A stretch of DNA of 64,000 nucleotides, taken from the NCBI RefSeq assembly GCF_006345805.1, contig NC_043019.1:17483360-17547359 (forward strand). The letters run 5' to 3'. Numbering within the stretch: the first letter of the stretch is position 1; every line of letters begins with the position of its first letter. This document shows positions 23,624 through 36,348 of the stretch, one piece after another. The notes under the pieces are model-generated. The model was not told the DNA's origin. It did no database searches and saw only the letters and a list, made by a program, of their open reading frames with translations. A program made the translations under genes and the position numbers. Source of the stretch: Octopus sinensis (lineage: Eukaryota).

Positions 23624-26600
23624 TTAAGGTTGGATTTGTACTGACATATACATGCGAACTCAGTGACTTGTCTCAATGTGATAAGTTAATAGTATTTGTG
23701 CATTTCTGAATGGTTACCTTGTGTCTTCCATGCTACAATTGCTATAGTTATAAAGCTATATAACTCTAAAGCAAGCCAGCAAGGAAGCTTCTATATGGTC
23801 ACTTAACCTGCTAGAAACAACATCCAGGTCTCCCTAAAGAAGAAAGGTAAAATCTTCAATAGTCCTAGATACCCTCAAAATCCTAAGTGACATTCTCATC
23901 ATCACAGTGAGCATTCTTAATACTACTCAAATTACACCCTGCCATCTTTAAAAAGGACACTTTAGATCATGTAGTCTAGGGTACATTATTGCTGAAGATG
24001 ACTAGGAAACAAAGTTTTGATACCAAAATAGAAGCCACATTTATTAGGAGTGAGCTATTTTAGATTTCAAAATCCCTTTCTCTTTCTATTCTCCAAATTT
24101 GTCTCAGTTTTACATCTTGACCCCTCATCCAATTCATTGTCGTAATTTGCCCACAGTGTTTCATTCTGTTGCTCTGTTGTTTTGGTGTTTGTTTCAGTCA
24201 ATGGCAATGTTGTCTTGCTACTTTGATGTTGGTCAGAATTGCAGCAGCTGTTCTTCCAGTGTTGTTCCAATGCTGTTGATGTTGTTCCAATATTGTAGTA
24301 GTTGTTGCATTGTTGTTTCAATATTGTTGATGTTCTTTTAGTACTGCTGTCATTATCATCATCACCATCATCACTGTCATCGTTATCTTTGTAATTATCA
24401 ATTTTGTTGATGATGTTTCATGTTGAGATTGTTTCAGTACTGTTCCTGTCCGTGTCATCATTAAATTTCCTTCTGTGGTTTTTTTTTATTGACTTTTTTT
24501 GTCTTTTCTTTTCCACCTTTTGGACAAAGAGCAACCAAAGAAATTCATTGCAAGTATTTCAAAAATTTACAGAATTTAAAACATAACTGAAAGAATAAGA
24601 AACTGAATATCATTGTGGAAACTGAAAATGTTATGATTAAATGCCAATTGAAAATGGAATTGGAAAGAAAATATTTGTGTTGGAAATTGAAGTCTTTGAG
24701 AACATTTCATATTCCCCCCCCCTCCTCAGCATTGCTTTTGAAGACTTTTCTTATATTCTACATAACACTTAACTCAACTGACACCAAAGATTCTTGTGTT
24801 ACTTTTGTTTGTTTCCAATTGCTGTCTTTACATAGATATCCCTCTGCCATCATCATCTTCTTCATTAATTAATGTTCGTTTTCCATGCTGGCATGGGATG
24901 GACAGCATATATATACATATCAGAAATGCATGTTACTTCTGCTAGAATGTGGAATGAAGCTGCAGAATATTCTTGATTGCACTACTATGAGATTGGCTAT
25001 TTCTTTAACGTTCCTTTTTTTTTATTTTTAACCTTTGAACACTGATTTGTTGCTCTTAACTTACTCTTATATTTTCATTGGCTAAAAAACAATTCTTATT
25101 TTGATTATGCACTTTAGTGAGTTGTGAATGTAACAAAAAAAAAATAATAAAAAAGCTTTATATTTAATTCAATTGCTAGCCTTGCATGCAAAATTTAGTA
25201 ATAACTGACCCTTTTTTCTTTCTGACCCGTTATTATTTTCTTTCTTGTGCTTAAAAATGTAGCTGCCACTTGGGATGATCAGACGTACTAGTCTCCCCAT
25301 AACAATCAGGTGCGTAATAATAAAACTATCGCTTCTTTTATATGTATATATGTATATATATATATACACACACACAACCCCTTATACCAACCCCCCAATT
25401 CGGTTTGCTTCATCTACTATTGCATGTAAATGCTTGCAACATTTCATGCAACATTTGGCTTTTGCATCGAATCCTACCTAACCCTAACCCTAACCCTAAA
25501 CCTCACCTGCTCCAAGCTATTCTGCCTGCTTCTCTGACAATTGTTACAAATAATAATAATAATAATGAGCAAAGAATTCTGAGATCAGATTTAATTCAAT
25601 CAGTGGAATAGTAATTCCTCTGCTACACTTTTAGTCTCAAAATCCTTTTCTTCAAGTAATCCTTCCCTTGTACTCATCTGTGTGAATTTGTGTGCAACTT
25701 AATGGTTTGACTTAAAAATAACTTTTAAAATACATCTCTTCTTCTTATTTTTACTAACCACAATAACTCTTTGGAATTTTTGCCTCTTGTAGATTCATAG
25801 AATTAGCTTATATTTCTATTTCCATGTCTGATTTTTTAGTAGCTTAATATAAAAAATTTCAAAAGATATTTATGACTCCAATGTGCTTTTACAGATATCA
25901 GGTAAATAAAATACACTAGTTCCAAGTTTTTTTTTTTTCCTCTCCTATTTTGCTTTGCATTTTGACTTTCTTTTATATATATATATTTGTTAAATCCAAA
26001 AAAACATATTTGATAAATCCTTCTCATCTGCTATATTAAAATGAATGAGTTGCTTAGTTTAAACATAAACTTTTACAGTGAGAAATATTATTATGGTACT
26101 TTAGCGGGATTTGGCATATATTAGATTTTAGTTTTAGGCTGAATTCTAACTTGCTTCTATGAAGGCTTACCTACTTCCAAGAGACATGTTAACAATATTT
26201 TGGTTACTAATAATATTTGCAAATGGGAGAAGGAGTTATAAGCTAATACATACCTGTATTCCTTGTTATTTATTGAGATTTATTCCTGAAATGTCAGTAT
26301 ATGCATGTCAGTATTTTTTTTGTTTACTTTTATTTGTCTTCATTGGTTTCATATCTTTTTTGATAATTGCATTATATCCCGCCACCCTCCCCCTTACATC
26401 CATGTATCATCAGAGAATTTGCTTGTGAAACATCTGTTGTCTTTGTGCCCTATTATTGTCTGTCATGTAATAAATAGAAAACTGTACTGACATCGGTCAG
26501 TGTTGTTGTTGTTGCTGTTGTCATATGTTCCAACAATCTTTGTAGGTCACATTTTCTTTGACCAATATAATAAGAATGGTATCTGCTTCCAATAAGTAGT

Positions 26601-26708
26601 ATGGTAAATAAGACTTCTTATAAAAGCATCATTCATATTTGCTGGTCAGTGCATGTATAAGTATTATATACAGTACCGTACATTTGTTAACCTTCATTTT
26701 TGTCTTAG

Positions 26709-26756
26709 AATTGGACTAGACTCAAAACAGAACTCCTAAATATGTCTCTCTTAGAG
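26709..26756 (+). CDS. Candidate 48-nt phase 0-0 exon NWTRLKTELLNMSLLE
   Basis: Acceptor ccttcattttgtcttag|, donor GAG|gtaata; only frame 0 open; phase-compatible with candidate 27998-28025 (DIKYYIDPS, CAG|gtaaga). Confidence 0.25.
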
Positions 26757-26922
26757 GTAATATTTATCCCAACTTAAATGTGGATGCTCTTGTAGAACAA
26801 ACTATATTTCAGTCGTTAGTATGAGAGAGACTCTCCTTTTGGCTTTTTGGTGCAAAATGCATTCATGTTTTTATCACTAGTTGATAATATACATGTCTAT
26901 TTTAGTCAAACGGTACTACATT

Positions 26923-27016
26923 AGAACTAGTGTTAGAACCAGTTGAACACTGGGGTCGATGTAATTGATTAGTCCCCTCCCCCAGAGTTGCTGTCCATGT
27001 GGCAATATTTGAAACC
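26923..27016 (+). mobile_element. SINE family B 3' fragment with 37-bp flanking duplication
   Basis: accagttgaacactggggtcgatgtaattg...atttgaaacc; aatatacatgtctattttagtcaaac(g/a)gtactacatt at 26886-26922 and 27017-27053. Confidence 0.85.
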
Positions 27017-27324
27017 AATATACATGTCTATTTTAGTCAAACAGTACTACATTTAATTGGTCCAAGCCATAATGCAATGAAAACATACCACTGGTTAAAT
27101 AATACAGGATTACTCTCCTTGAAGAATCTTTGGTGATAGTGTTGATGGTATTGTTCACTACCTGACTAGCCTTGTTTGAGCAATCCTTTGTTCAAAGGTA
27201 TTCACATTGTGATCATTCCGTCTTTGTTCAAACTCTTCTGTTACAATATTTCTGTTGAAGCATACTGCCTTTGTTTCAGTTAATTTTTGAAAATAATTAA
27301 GGATTTAATAAAATAACTGTGTAA

Positions 27325-27535
27325 GGCAGTGAGCTAGCAGAACTTAGTATGCTGGGCAAAATGCTTAGTGGTATTTCATTTATCTTTTTTGTCCCGAGTT
27401 CAAAGTTCACTGAGGTCAAATTTACCTTTCATTTTTAGGGCTTGATAAAATAAGTCCCAGCTGAACCCTGGAGTTGATGGAATCAATTTATCCCCTACCT
27501 CAAGCTTGCTGACCTCATACCAATATTTGAAGCCA
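27325..27535 (+). mobile_element. SINE family B, diverged
   Basis: Family B match. Confidence 0.8.
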
Positions 27536-29078
27536 TTATTAGGCCAGTGTTTGGAACATAAATTAACATGAAATTCTAGTGGAAGACTTTAATTTAGACA
27601 TCTTTAAAACTGGGAAATTGTATCCTAGAACCAATGGCAGTTTCAGCTGGGTTGCTATCAAAAGGGTTAAGGTGGATTGCATTAAACTCGATACACATCA
27701 CTTATCCGTTTGAAGTCAGTGGAATGTAATCTGATGGAAATTTGTAATTTCTGGTTGGTTGCATAACCATAGAGTTTCCCCATCTCTTTGACTCATTGGT
27801 GAATTAGTTAGCCCTGTAAGTTTATTGATAGTCATCAATTAGTTTTTAATAAATGAGTATAGTGTTTTAAATTGTTGGTACTCTAATTTGTGTGGTTGTT
27901 ATAATAAATATTTCATATTAATAGTTACGGCGTCAAATGTTTATCTTGTTTACAAGCTTTACATATTGTTCTGTAGTACAAGTCAACTTTCATCTAGGAC
28001 ATTAAGTATTATATTGACCCCTCAGGTAAGAATAGGATATTACTTTGCATGTAGCTAAACCACCAGGTCAGAGAGACCAACTCATGAGGGAGCCTCTATG
28101 TGGGTCCTTGAGCTGCTAGAAATAACATCCAAAATCTACCCCTTAAAACACCCTGCCAGCTTAGAACAGAGAACCTATTCAATAATGTCATTCTTGATGC
28201 CGCTCACAGAAGTGATTGGCTTTACCTGGAATGGCTTTGATCGTAGGCAATCTCTCGAATAATTGTAGGATAATATGTTGGCATGTGAAGCAGAGTGATG
28301 GTGAATAATCACTTCATTCTGCAAATTGGTTTCACTCCTCCGTTAGAATGGTTTCATTTTGCTTACATTGTTAGTTTTAAATAAATAGTTTTAAGGAAGG
28401 TATAAACCTCACAATTTCTGTGTTTTCCATTTTGCTGGAGATAATAGAAGCAATTACCCATTTATATGTTGATTCCTCTAATTATACAGTAATCTAGCAA
28501 GTGTTTATATATCATGCTTGCGATAGAAACAGCTGCTATCTAGTAAATATCTATCGGTGAATTTTTCTACAGGATTTAGCTACTTCTCTTTCTAAACATT
28601 TGCTCATTGGCACCAAGATTGTGATTTCTGAACGGTTGATTTGCTAAAATAGTCACCAAATTTTTCTCAAATCATGGGACTACTTAAAAAAATACATTGG
28701 ATAAGACATCCCTAGATATACTGTGCCTTAAAAAGTAGATGATGATGATTGTAGCTTGAAAACCTTTGATCATGACTTCACACGATCAGTGCCTTCCTGG
28801 GCCTAAGCAACAATAACGTTAACATAGATTATATCTTTTTTAGAATAAGTACACCATTGTCCTATGTATTGTAAGGGGTAGCGAAAGGGTGGGCAACTGG
28901 AAAGGCATCTTGCTGTAAAAACATGGACTCAGAAAAAGCCATCCAACTCATGCCAGCATGGACAAATGCATGTATAAGAACACTGATGAGGGGATCTTGT
29001 GAAAACAATAACAAAACTGTTATAAAAGTTATAACCAAGGGCCAGCATTTACATATTTAGTGATGATGGCATAACTTG

Positions 29079-29210
29079 AACTAGAAAAGCACTCAGAGAG
29101 TGCAGACCTCTGCCAAGCAACTCATATCCACCCATATACACGCATGCTGAAGATTGCCTAATTTCCAAAACCAATGCCAGCAAAAACATAACCTGCTTGG
29201 CAGTGGTAAA
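29079..29210 (-). mobile_element. Helentron-associated-type (HINE-like) non-autonomous element, short copy
   Basis: Minus strand starts ttaccactgccaagcaggttatgttttt and ends cttggcagaggtctgcactctctgagtgcttttctagtt; subterminal inverted repeats. Confidence 0.65.
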
Positions 29211-29352
29211 AAAAAAAATAACACAGTCATATGATTTTAAGGTAAAAAAACCCCCTTTAAAAACAGGAATCATCTGAAGCAGTTATAATACATCAATGAC
29301 AACAGCAAGCTAGTTTCACAGCAGCGGTGGAGGGAGCAAAGCCTGAGATTTT

Positions 29353-29474
29353 TGTGTCGATCCCAATAGTCAAGGCTTGTCATATCATCCTCCGCAGACC
29401 TCCGCCAAGCAGCTGTGTCGATCCCAATAGTCAAGGCTTGTCATATCATCCTCCGCAGACCTCCGCCAAGCAGC
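29353..29474. repeat. Perfect 61-bp tandem duplication
   Basis: tgtgtcgatcccaatag...ccgccaagcagc at 29353 and 29414. Confidence 0.95.
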
Positions 29475-29833
29475 TCATTTTAAGAGAGATACGCGAGTAA
29501 AATTACTAATAGAGAAACGAAAATAAACTTTGGAAACAGCAACACCACCATAGGTTAAGTGGAAACGATGAATGTGTTTTCAAGGGAGATAATCAAAGAA
29601 CGTAACATTTTAATACTTCATGTAAAGTAAATATAACAATTGAAAAATCCTTCAAGAATCTATAAAAATTCCCAGATCACTACCAAAATTTCATCATCTG
29701 TTCCTTGTGTCATTACCAACTTTTCCTGCAAATTTCATCAAATACCGTTCACAACTTTTTGAGTTATTTTGCACACAGACAGACAAACCAATGCCAATGA
29801 AAACATAACCTCCTTCCTTGGTGGAGGTAATAA
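29395..29833 (-). mobile_element. HINE-like element, long copy of the same family
   Basis: Minus strand ttattacctccaccaaggaaggaggttatgttttc...ctgtctgtgtgcaaaataactcaaaaagttgtgaacgg...cttggcggaggtctgc. Confidence 0.7.
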
Positions 29834-30449
29834 ATTTTAATTAGACCTGACTCATTTTCTATTGCTTTTCATGAAATTGGTTAAAACTTCTTGGCTTACT
29901 ACATCAAACAAGTTAGGGTTGTTGTTAATTTAGACTTTAAAAAGCTGATAATTTTGTTACATTAAGGTTATCATTCCCTTCTATAGATGACTGAGACTCA
30001 AAAACAACAAATGACTTTCATATTTGAAAACAATAGGGCACTTTATTATGGGAATGTACAAAATAAAAAGTCCGACTATAGAAGAAATTATTTGGAGGCA
30101 AGCCTGAGAAATTGATGTAGTCTTGTCAAGTAAGGACAGAAAGACAAACTAAGCAAAGAAGGTTGGCAGTAAACAGAAAAAAGGTAATGTATATATAACA
30201 TTTGAAGAGGGTGCTCCAGTATGACCTTAGCTATCATGGCTAAAACAAAAAGAACAAAGAACATATGTGAGTTCTATGTAGAATTTGAGAGAGACAAGAT
30301 CTGTCAGAGGGTCTAGTACTTTTGTTGTCATTTTTACATTGAGAAATCTTAGCAGTCAATTAATTTGGAAATTAGAATATTATAATAAGGGTTTTTCTTA
30401 AATATTAAGTTTGGAAAATAGTTAAATATTCTTCTCCCCTCAACCTTAA

Positions 30450-30859
30450 CTCTTTACCATTCAGATTACCCTGTCATATGTAATACTTATTTTATCCAGA
30501 TTGTTCTCAGTTAATCATGCATTATCTCAAAGCTCCAAAATTTCAATGATGTGATTATTTATTTTTAGAATAATATTGTAGGGCAGATGTGAGGGGCTGG
30601 GTCTGGTTAGTTCGAACATAAAGCTGGTAAAATATCTAACCCTTTAGTATTCAGATTGCTCTGTCAAATGTAATGTTTGTTTATTTATATCGTTATGAAT
30701 TAATCCTACATTATCTTGTAGATTTGAGATTTCAATGATGTGATTGTTTATTTTTAGAATGACATTGTAGGGTAAGTGTGACATACTGGATATGGCCAGT
30801 TTGAACATAAAGTAGGTAGAATATTTAGTTTGGGTGTGGCCAGTTTAAATGCTAAAGGG
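30450..30859. mobile_element. Two diverged head-to-tail piggyBac-type MITE units
   Basis: Units start 30450 and 30640 (c[t/c]cttta..attcagatt); shared internal blocks; single right end gctaaaggg. Confidence 0.7.
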
Positions 30860-31392
30860 TTGATATATTGTTACCTCCAAATTCTGTTTTCTACTAATCA
30901 TTGTAATACATGTTTCAACCCCTGGTTTATGCAAGAAGTTTGTTTTGGTGTTGTGATTTCAAAAATTTTCGACAAGTTCATTTTGGTGTCATTTTCCTCT
31001 TCACCATGATTGATTTTTTTTGCTTTTTAATAATGTCTCTTACAAGTAATATTGATTTCATATCAGAAGACTCACCCCATCTACCCAAAGCAAAGTTATA
31101 ACAATTCTCTCTTCCCATATACTTACTACTTACCTGTGCACCTACTTATTTGCCCCACTCATCATTTTTAGCCTCTTGGATTTCCAGACAAAATATCAGC
31201 CCTTGATCAGTACCCTACCAGAGAAGTGTTTGGTTTAATGTCACCTAAGTTATCCAAACTAGCAGTTTCGTCACCAATTTTTGCTTGTGATAGTGTCAGT
31301 TATGAATCCCATAATTCATTCATCTGTTGAAAGCCTAATTGAGGACCTCATAAGTAGTGCATCATATCAGTTAATCTATCCATTATAGTGAA

Positions 31393-31585
31393 GGTGGTGA
31401 GATGGCAGAATCATTAGCATGCTGGGCGAAATGTTTAGTGGCATTTTGTTTGGTTTTATGTTCTTAGTTCAAATCCCACTTAGTTTAACATTGCCTTTCG
31501 TCCTTTCGAGGTCAATAAAATAAATACCAGTTGAAGACTGGAGCCGATGTAATTTCTGGCTTTGCGCCAAAATTTGAAACCAATG
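31393..31585 (+). mobile_element. SINE family B, diverged
   Basis: Family B match. Confidence 0.8.
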
Positions 31586-31789
31586 TATTCGTTACAATTT
31601 TAGTAATCCAAGCAATGTTTAAATGCTTCAACACGGTGCTGAAAAAAGTACAGGTCCTTCTCAACCACCAACTTACTCAACCACTGCCCTTCAGATTTTA
31701 TTATCTTTAGAGATACAATTGTAGTGTTAATAAGATTGTTAAAGCTTATCCAGTAACAAATTCACACTTGTCATACTTCTAAGAAATAT

Positions 31790-31980
31790 ACCAGATGCGG
31801 AAAGCCAGAGCCACCTGCACCAATAGCACAGCCCCTACCCACTTCTGCCCCACCTGTGGGAGGGACTTTCTTGCCCGGATAGGCCTCATCAGCCACCTCC
31901 GGTCTCATAGCAGCAATTGCACCAAATGATGTCAATGGTCATTTTCGAACCCGAAGGACGAACATTATTATTATTATATC
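31790..31980 (+). mobile_element. RTE (BovB-like) LINE extreme 3' end
   Basis: RKARATCTNSTAPTHFCPTCGRDFLARIGLISHLRSHSSNCTK* (intact C2H2 finger), UTR ...gaaggacgaac, (ATT)n tail. Confidence 0.88.
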
Positions 31981-32584
31981 AGTGAAATGCTTGTTCAATG
32001 AAAATTGTTTTCTTTATCATTCTCTCTTGTTTATCATTCAACTTTCCTTCTATTTCATTCTCTCTATCTCACATACACACACACGCAGTAACCTTTGTTC
32101 ACAAAGAAAGGTCATTATTCTTCTTTTATCAACTTACAGCTTTAATGACTTCAGTCCACTCGTGATAAAATAATATCGTTGTCACCAGCACTGTTGCTGA
32201 TGACATTTGGAGCATTCTGTTTTGAAATATATTTATAAAACTCTATCACACATGTCAATGTTAAAAGTATTCTAATGTATATAAAGAGTTGTGTAAAAAG
32301 CATTTAACTACTCATTTAAGGATGACATTTAACTTGTTTTAGAGTGTTTGTTTTATTATAAAACAGATGGTTTCATTCTTCATAATCATGCGTTTCTTTG
32401 ACCAGCATCAGACATTATTTCTATATGATCAAACAATATAGTGTGTAGCAGTTTTGTGTATTAGACAAAAATCTGCAAGGCCTTTCCCATGAAATGCCTT
32501 ATTGGCTCTTAGTTAAGAATAAACTTTGTGTTTAGTAGAGTTGGTTCTCTTGCAACATCCACATTAATTTTCACTTCATTAGAT

Positions 32585-32760
32585 TCATCATCATTATCAA
32601 CATTTACTGTCTATTTTCCATGCTTGTCAGGCACAAGCAAGGCCAGGGGCTCTACCATGTTCTAAATTGTGTTTTGGCTTGGTTTCTAAAGCTGGATGTC
32701 CTTCCTTATACCAGCCACTTTACAGACTGTACTGGGTGCTTTTTATGAGGCACCTTGGTT
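32585..32760 (-). mobile_element. SINE-like family C, degenerate
   Basis: catcatcattatc...ttttccatgct...gctggatgtccttcct...gggtgctttttatg. Confidence 0.6.
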
Positions 32761-32778
32761 TTAGGATCTCATTTCAGA

Positions 32779-33231
32779 AAGACTTCCTCCCGCAGCATTT
32801 TCAGATATGGAGATTCCAGATAATTGCAAAAAATCAGCATTTTGAAATTTCGCTCCCCCATTCCCTAATTTCTTCATTTTTCACTTTTTTTCCCTAACCC
32901 TAAAACCCTGATCGTAACCCCCCTAACCCTAAAACCCTAACCCAAACCCTAAAGCCCTAACCCCAAAACCGTAACCCTAACTACAAAAATGTTTGGAAAT
33001 TTTTTTCAAAATCATAATCTCTGTATTTTTCCGCATATTTTGACAAAAAAAAATTCTGAAAAACATTAAAAATGAAGAAATTAAGGGAGAGGGGTAATTT
33101 CAACATGCTGATTTTTGCCAATTTTTTTTTTTTTTGTTGATTCGTATTCTCCTTAGCCGAAAATGTGGGTTTGTGTAGAAAAACAAAATTTTTTAATGGG
33201 TGTTTGCAGGGTAGGTACAAAAGGAAGTCTT
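32779..33231. mobile_element. MITE-like element with ~50-bp subterminal inverted repeats and an internal telomere-like (CCCTAA) array
   Basis: Termini aagacttcc / ggaagtctt; inverted pair near 32831-32880 and 33070-33117; degenerate ccctaa units 32893-32981. Confidence 0.65.
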
Positions 33232-35289
33232 GCCCTCAATTCTGTTGTGGTGGGTGGGTTTTCTTGAGTACAGATTGTATTTTTATTATGAATGAAATTT
33301 CATTGATTTAGCTTAGGATTTTTCAAAATTGCACATTTTTAAAAATTGATTTCTTAATATGAGATTTCAATTGGGTTTCTTTTTAAGCTGTTTTTAAAGT
33401 ATCTCACTAACAAATATATTTATATATATATATATACATTAAATTCAGTTCCATGTATGTATACACATTTTAGTCGTGTAAAAGAGTTCAAGTTTAACAG
33501 CTAGGCTTACATAACTTTTCTAATTCTTGTTTAAGTTTCCACAGGTGTGGTATTGACAGTTCTCACCTGTATGTTTTTTTTATACCTCAAATGAAATTCA
33601 ATCTATTACCATATATAGTGTGAAGTCATACCTCTCATTTTAACTATCAAACATTTGACCCTCCCACCCATTTAAATGTGGCTGTTCTGTAAGAATAAAC
33701 TATACTGTGGCAGATCACATGAGAGAGACTCTCATTGACTTTCTGATGCAAAATGCTCTCTTATTTATATTGCTAGTGGGGAGATAAATCCCTGCCACCT
33801 CTAGCTCTGAGCCCATTGTGTGTCACTAATATATGCATTTGATAAATTATTCTAAAAATTCTTTGTTTTCTCGCTGTCGCCCGACTATCACCACAGGAAA
33901 AAAAAAAAAAAGTATTTTGATGAACCCTCATATTTAGATGTTTTGTAAATAATCTAATGGGTTTGTAAGTCTGAATGGGTGGGTCTCTTCAGTTCTTGTT
34001 AGCTTCTATTTCACGTCCCCAGGGGGCTAGCAATAATAACCATGTGGCAGAAATTATTAAAAGGTGAGATGGTGTAGTGCAGCAGAAAAATAAAGAGGTT
34101 GGTGGAAAACATAAATACATTAACCAATGCAGACAATATCTCAGTAATCATTAACTGATGTAATTAATGATTCAATCAATTGCAACTTGAAAGTCATTCC
34201 AGGATTAACCTTGCAAAATAATTTATTTACGTTCAAACAGTTGCATAATACTGATATAAAAATCAACAATCAACAATAATGAGATAAAAATTCCGTCAGT
34301 TAAGTAAACAACACTTTTGAGTTATTGAAAGATATCTTGATGTAACACAGTATATTACCTTTTGTGTTTTTATTTCTTTATTTTCCTCTGCTTTTATGTG
34401 GCATTTCTTCTTGCCACAGGTTAATAATGTAGGTGTTATTAGCATAAATATCTATTTTAGTTGAAAACAAAAACATGGAAATATTTTTTATTAATGCTGT
34501 ATTTGGGGATGGTCATATTTTACTGGTGAAACACACACACACACACACACACACACACTATATGTTTGGTCTTTACTTCAGCTTTATTACTATTATTATT
34601 GTTTCTTTGTCAAAACTTTTTCATCACACACCCTGTAACCTGTTCAGTGACAGAGAAACAACAACAATAACAACAACAATAATAATAAATAAGTACCAGT
34701 CAAGCACTGGGATTGATGTAACTGACTTACCCTCTCCCCAAAATTGCTGGCCTTGTGCCAAAATTTGAAACCAATAATCTAGCAAACATAAGCTTCATAG
34801 CTTTGCAGCCCTATCACCAAAGAAGTTCTGTGACCATCCTGATTTTTACCTTTTTTTACTTTTAAGCATATCTGGGTATCTTTGAAAACCTAGCTGGCCC
34901 ATGAAGGGTTAAAAGCTGCACTCTCTGTGGACTTTTAAACTAGCTCCTGCAGAGGGCTAATTGGGCCTGCAATCCAAAACTGAAGAGCTGAATGGCATGA
35001 CTATATGTCTGTAATGACTGTATGCCCTGGTGGTGTTTGATCGAAGGTTAAGGATGGATGGGAATTAATTCTGTAATGCAATCATTCTATTGTTCCAGTC
35101 CCAAGTTGAATTCCAACTGTTGGCCAAGTTGTCCTAAAGTTCTTATCTCAAATTAATGAAACAAATGTCACTTATTTCCCCTTTGATCTCTGACATCATC
35201 TGACAAATGCCAACCAAGATGGTGTGAACCAGCCAAGCTTTACCTGCTAGAAATAGCAACCTAAATGCTTCTAAATCAGATCCCAATGC

Positions 35290-35432
35290 TGGATGTTCAA
35301 GAACCAAATGAAGGGCAGATTTTCAATCCCAGGATCGTCCTGATTCCAAAAAGGTATATGTCTATGTAGCGCAAATGCAGATTGAGATACGGGGGTCCCG
35401 GACAGACAGAATTTCTTGTTTATTAATATAGA
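35290..35432 (-). mobile_element. Helitron-type 5' end fragment
   Basis: Minus strand a|TCTATATTAATAAACAAGAAATTCTGTCTGTCCGGGACCCCCG, typical of non-autonomous Helitron 5' termini; left boundary uncertain. Confidence 0.55.
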
Positions 35433-36348
35433 TTATTTATAAGTTTGTTTCAAATATTTTCAGCCTAACCTACTCAACATTGTAGAAATAGTAATTAATT
35501 AGATCTCCCCAATGAACCTCTTACCATTTTAAAGAAGAGAACGCATTAGATAATGTCCTAATTAAATTGTATCTGAAAAAAATATAATTGGAATGCCTTT
35601 AATTGACAGGCATGCTAATTCGGGATTGGCTTGGGACTGTCAACAACTATTTCTGTATAAATATGTAGTATTTTTTAAAAAATTATTTTAACATAGAAAA
35701 TGTAATCGTTTATGAATATGAATCATTAACAGGAGCCTCTACATCAGTTATGGGCAACTCACAGTCTGTAGGACTTCCTGAATAGCAAGCCTAATGAAAA
35801 ACTTTATTTTTTTAGTAATGCAACCCACCTAATGTTGAGCCATGTCTCATGTGACTCACTTCCTGAAAGTGGTTGCCCATGCCAAATAAAGTACTCTTCT
35901 AGGGTAGTGGGGTCGGTGGAATTGTTAGTATTGAATGAGATACCTTGTGGTATTTGTTATGGTTTCTTTGTATTTAGAGTTCAAATTCCACTGAGGTATT
36001 GATAGCTAGAGTTAATCATCGAACCACAGGAGGAACCCTTTCAGCCATTGGCTAGCATGGACAGGTAGGATTATGACTAGTATGGATAAGCCTGTTGTGG
36101 CATGCTAAGGCTCTTACCCAGAAGTAAACTGAAAACAGCTGGATGGAATGGAAAAATTCAATAATTGATTGTACATTATCCTTCACAAATTTAGGCCTTA
36201 TGTAAATGCAAAGAAACAAAAAAGAAATTTTAAAAGCTGTTAGAAAACCAATTATAGCAGCGACTCCATCTAAGAATTTCTGAAGAAGGAATTTTATTCT
36301 GAAATATCATCAGACTATGGATGACTAAATTGCAACAGGTATATAGCC

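Noticed and set aside
26171-26285. Two minus-strand micro-exon candidates with strong donors (gtaagc, gtatgt); one reads NIVNMSLG like a subtilisin motif
   Set aside because: The upstream 32-nt unit has stops in all three frames and the intervening intron would be only 47 nt; the motif is too short to be meaningful.
28982-29005. ctgatgag...gaaa hammerhead-like core
   Set aside because: No stem II pairing; it is the decayed (GAT)n tail of a family-C element.
35280-35353. Plus-strand exon-like segment IPMLDVQEPNEGQIFNPRIVLIPK
   Set aside because: The acceptor falls in an old interspersed repeat and the body overlaps the Helitron-type fragment.
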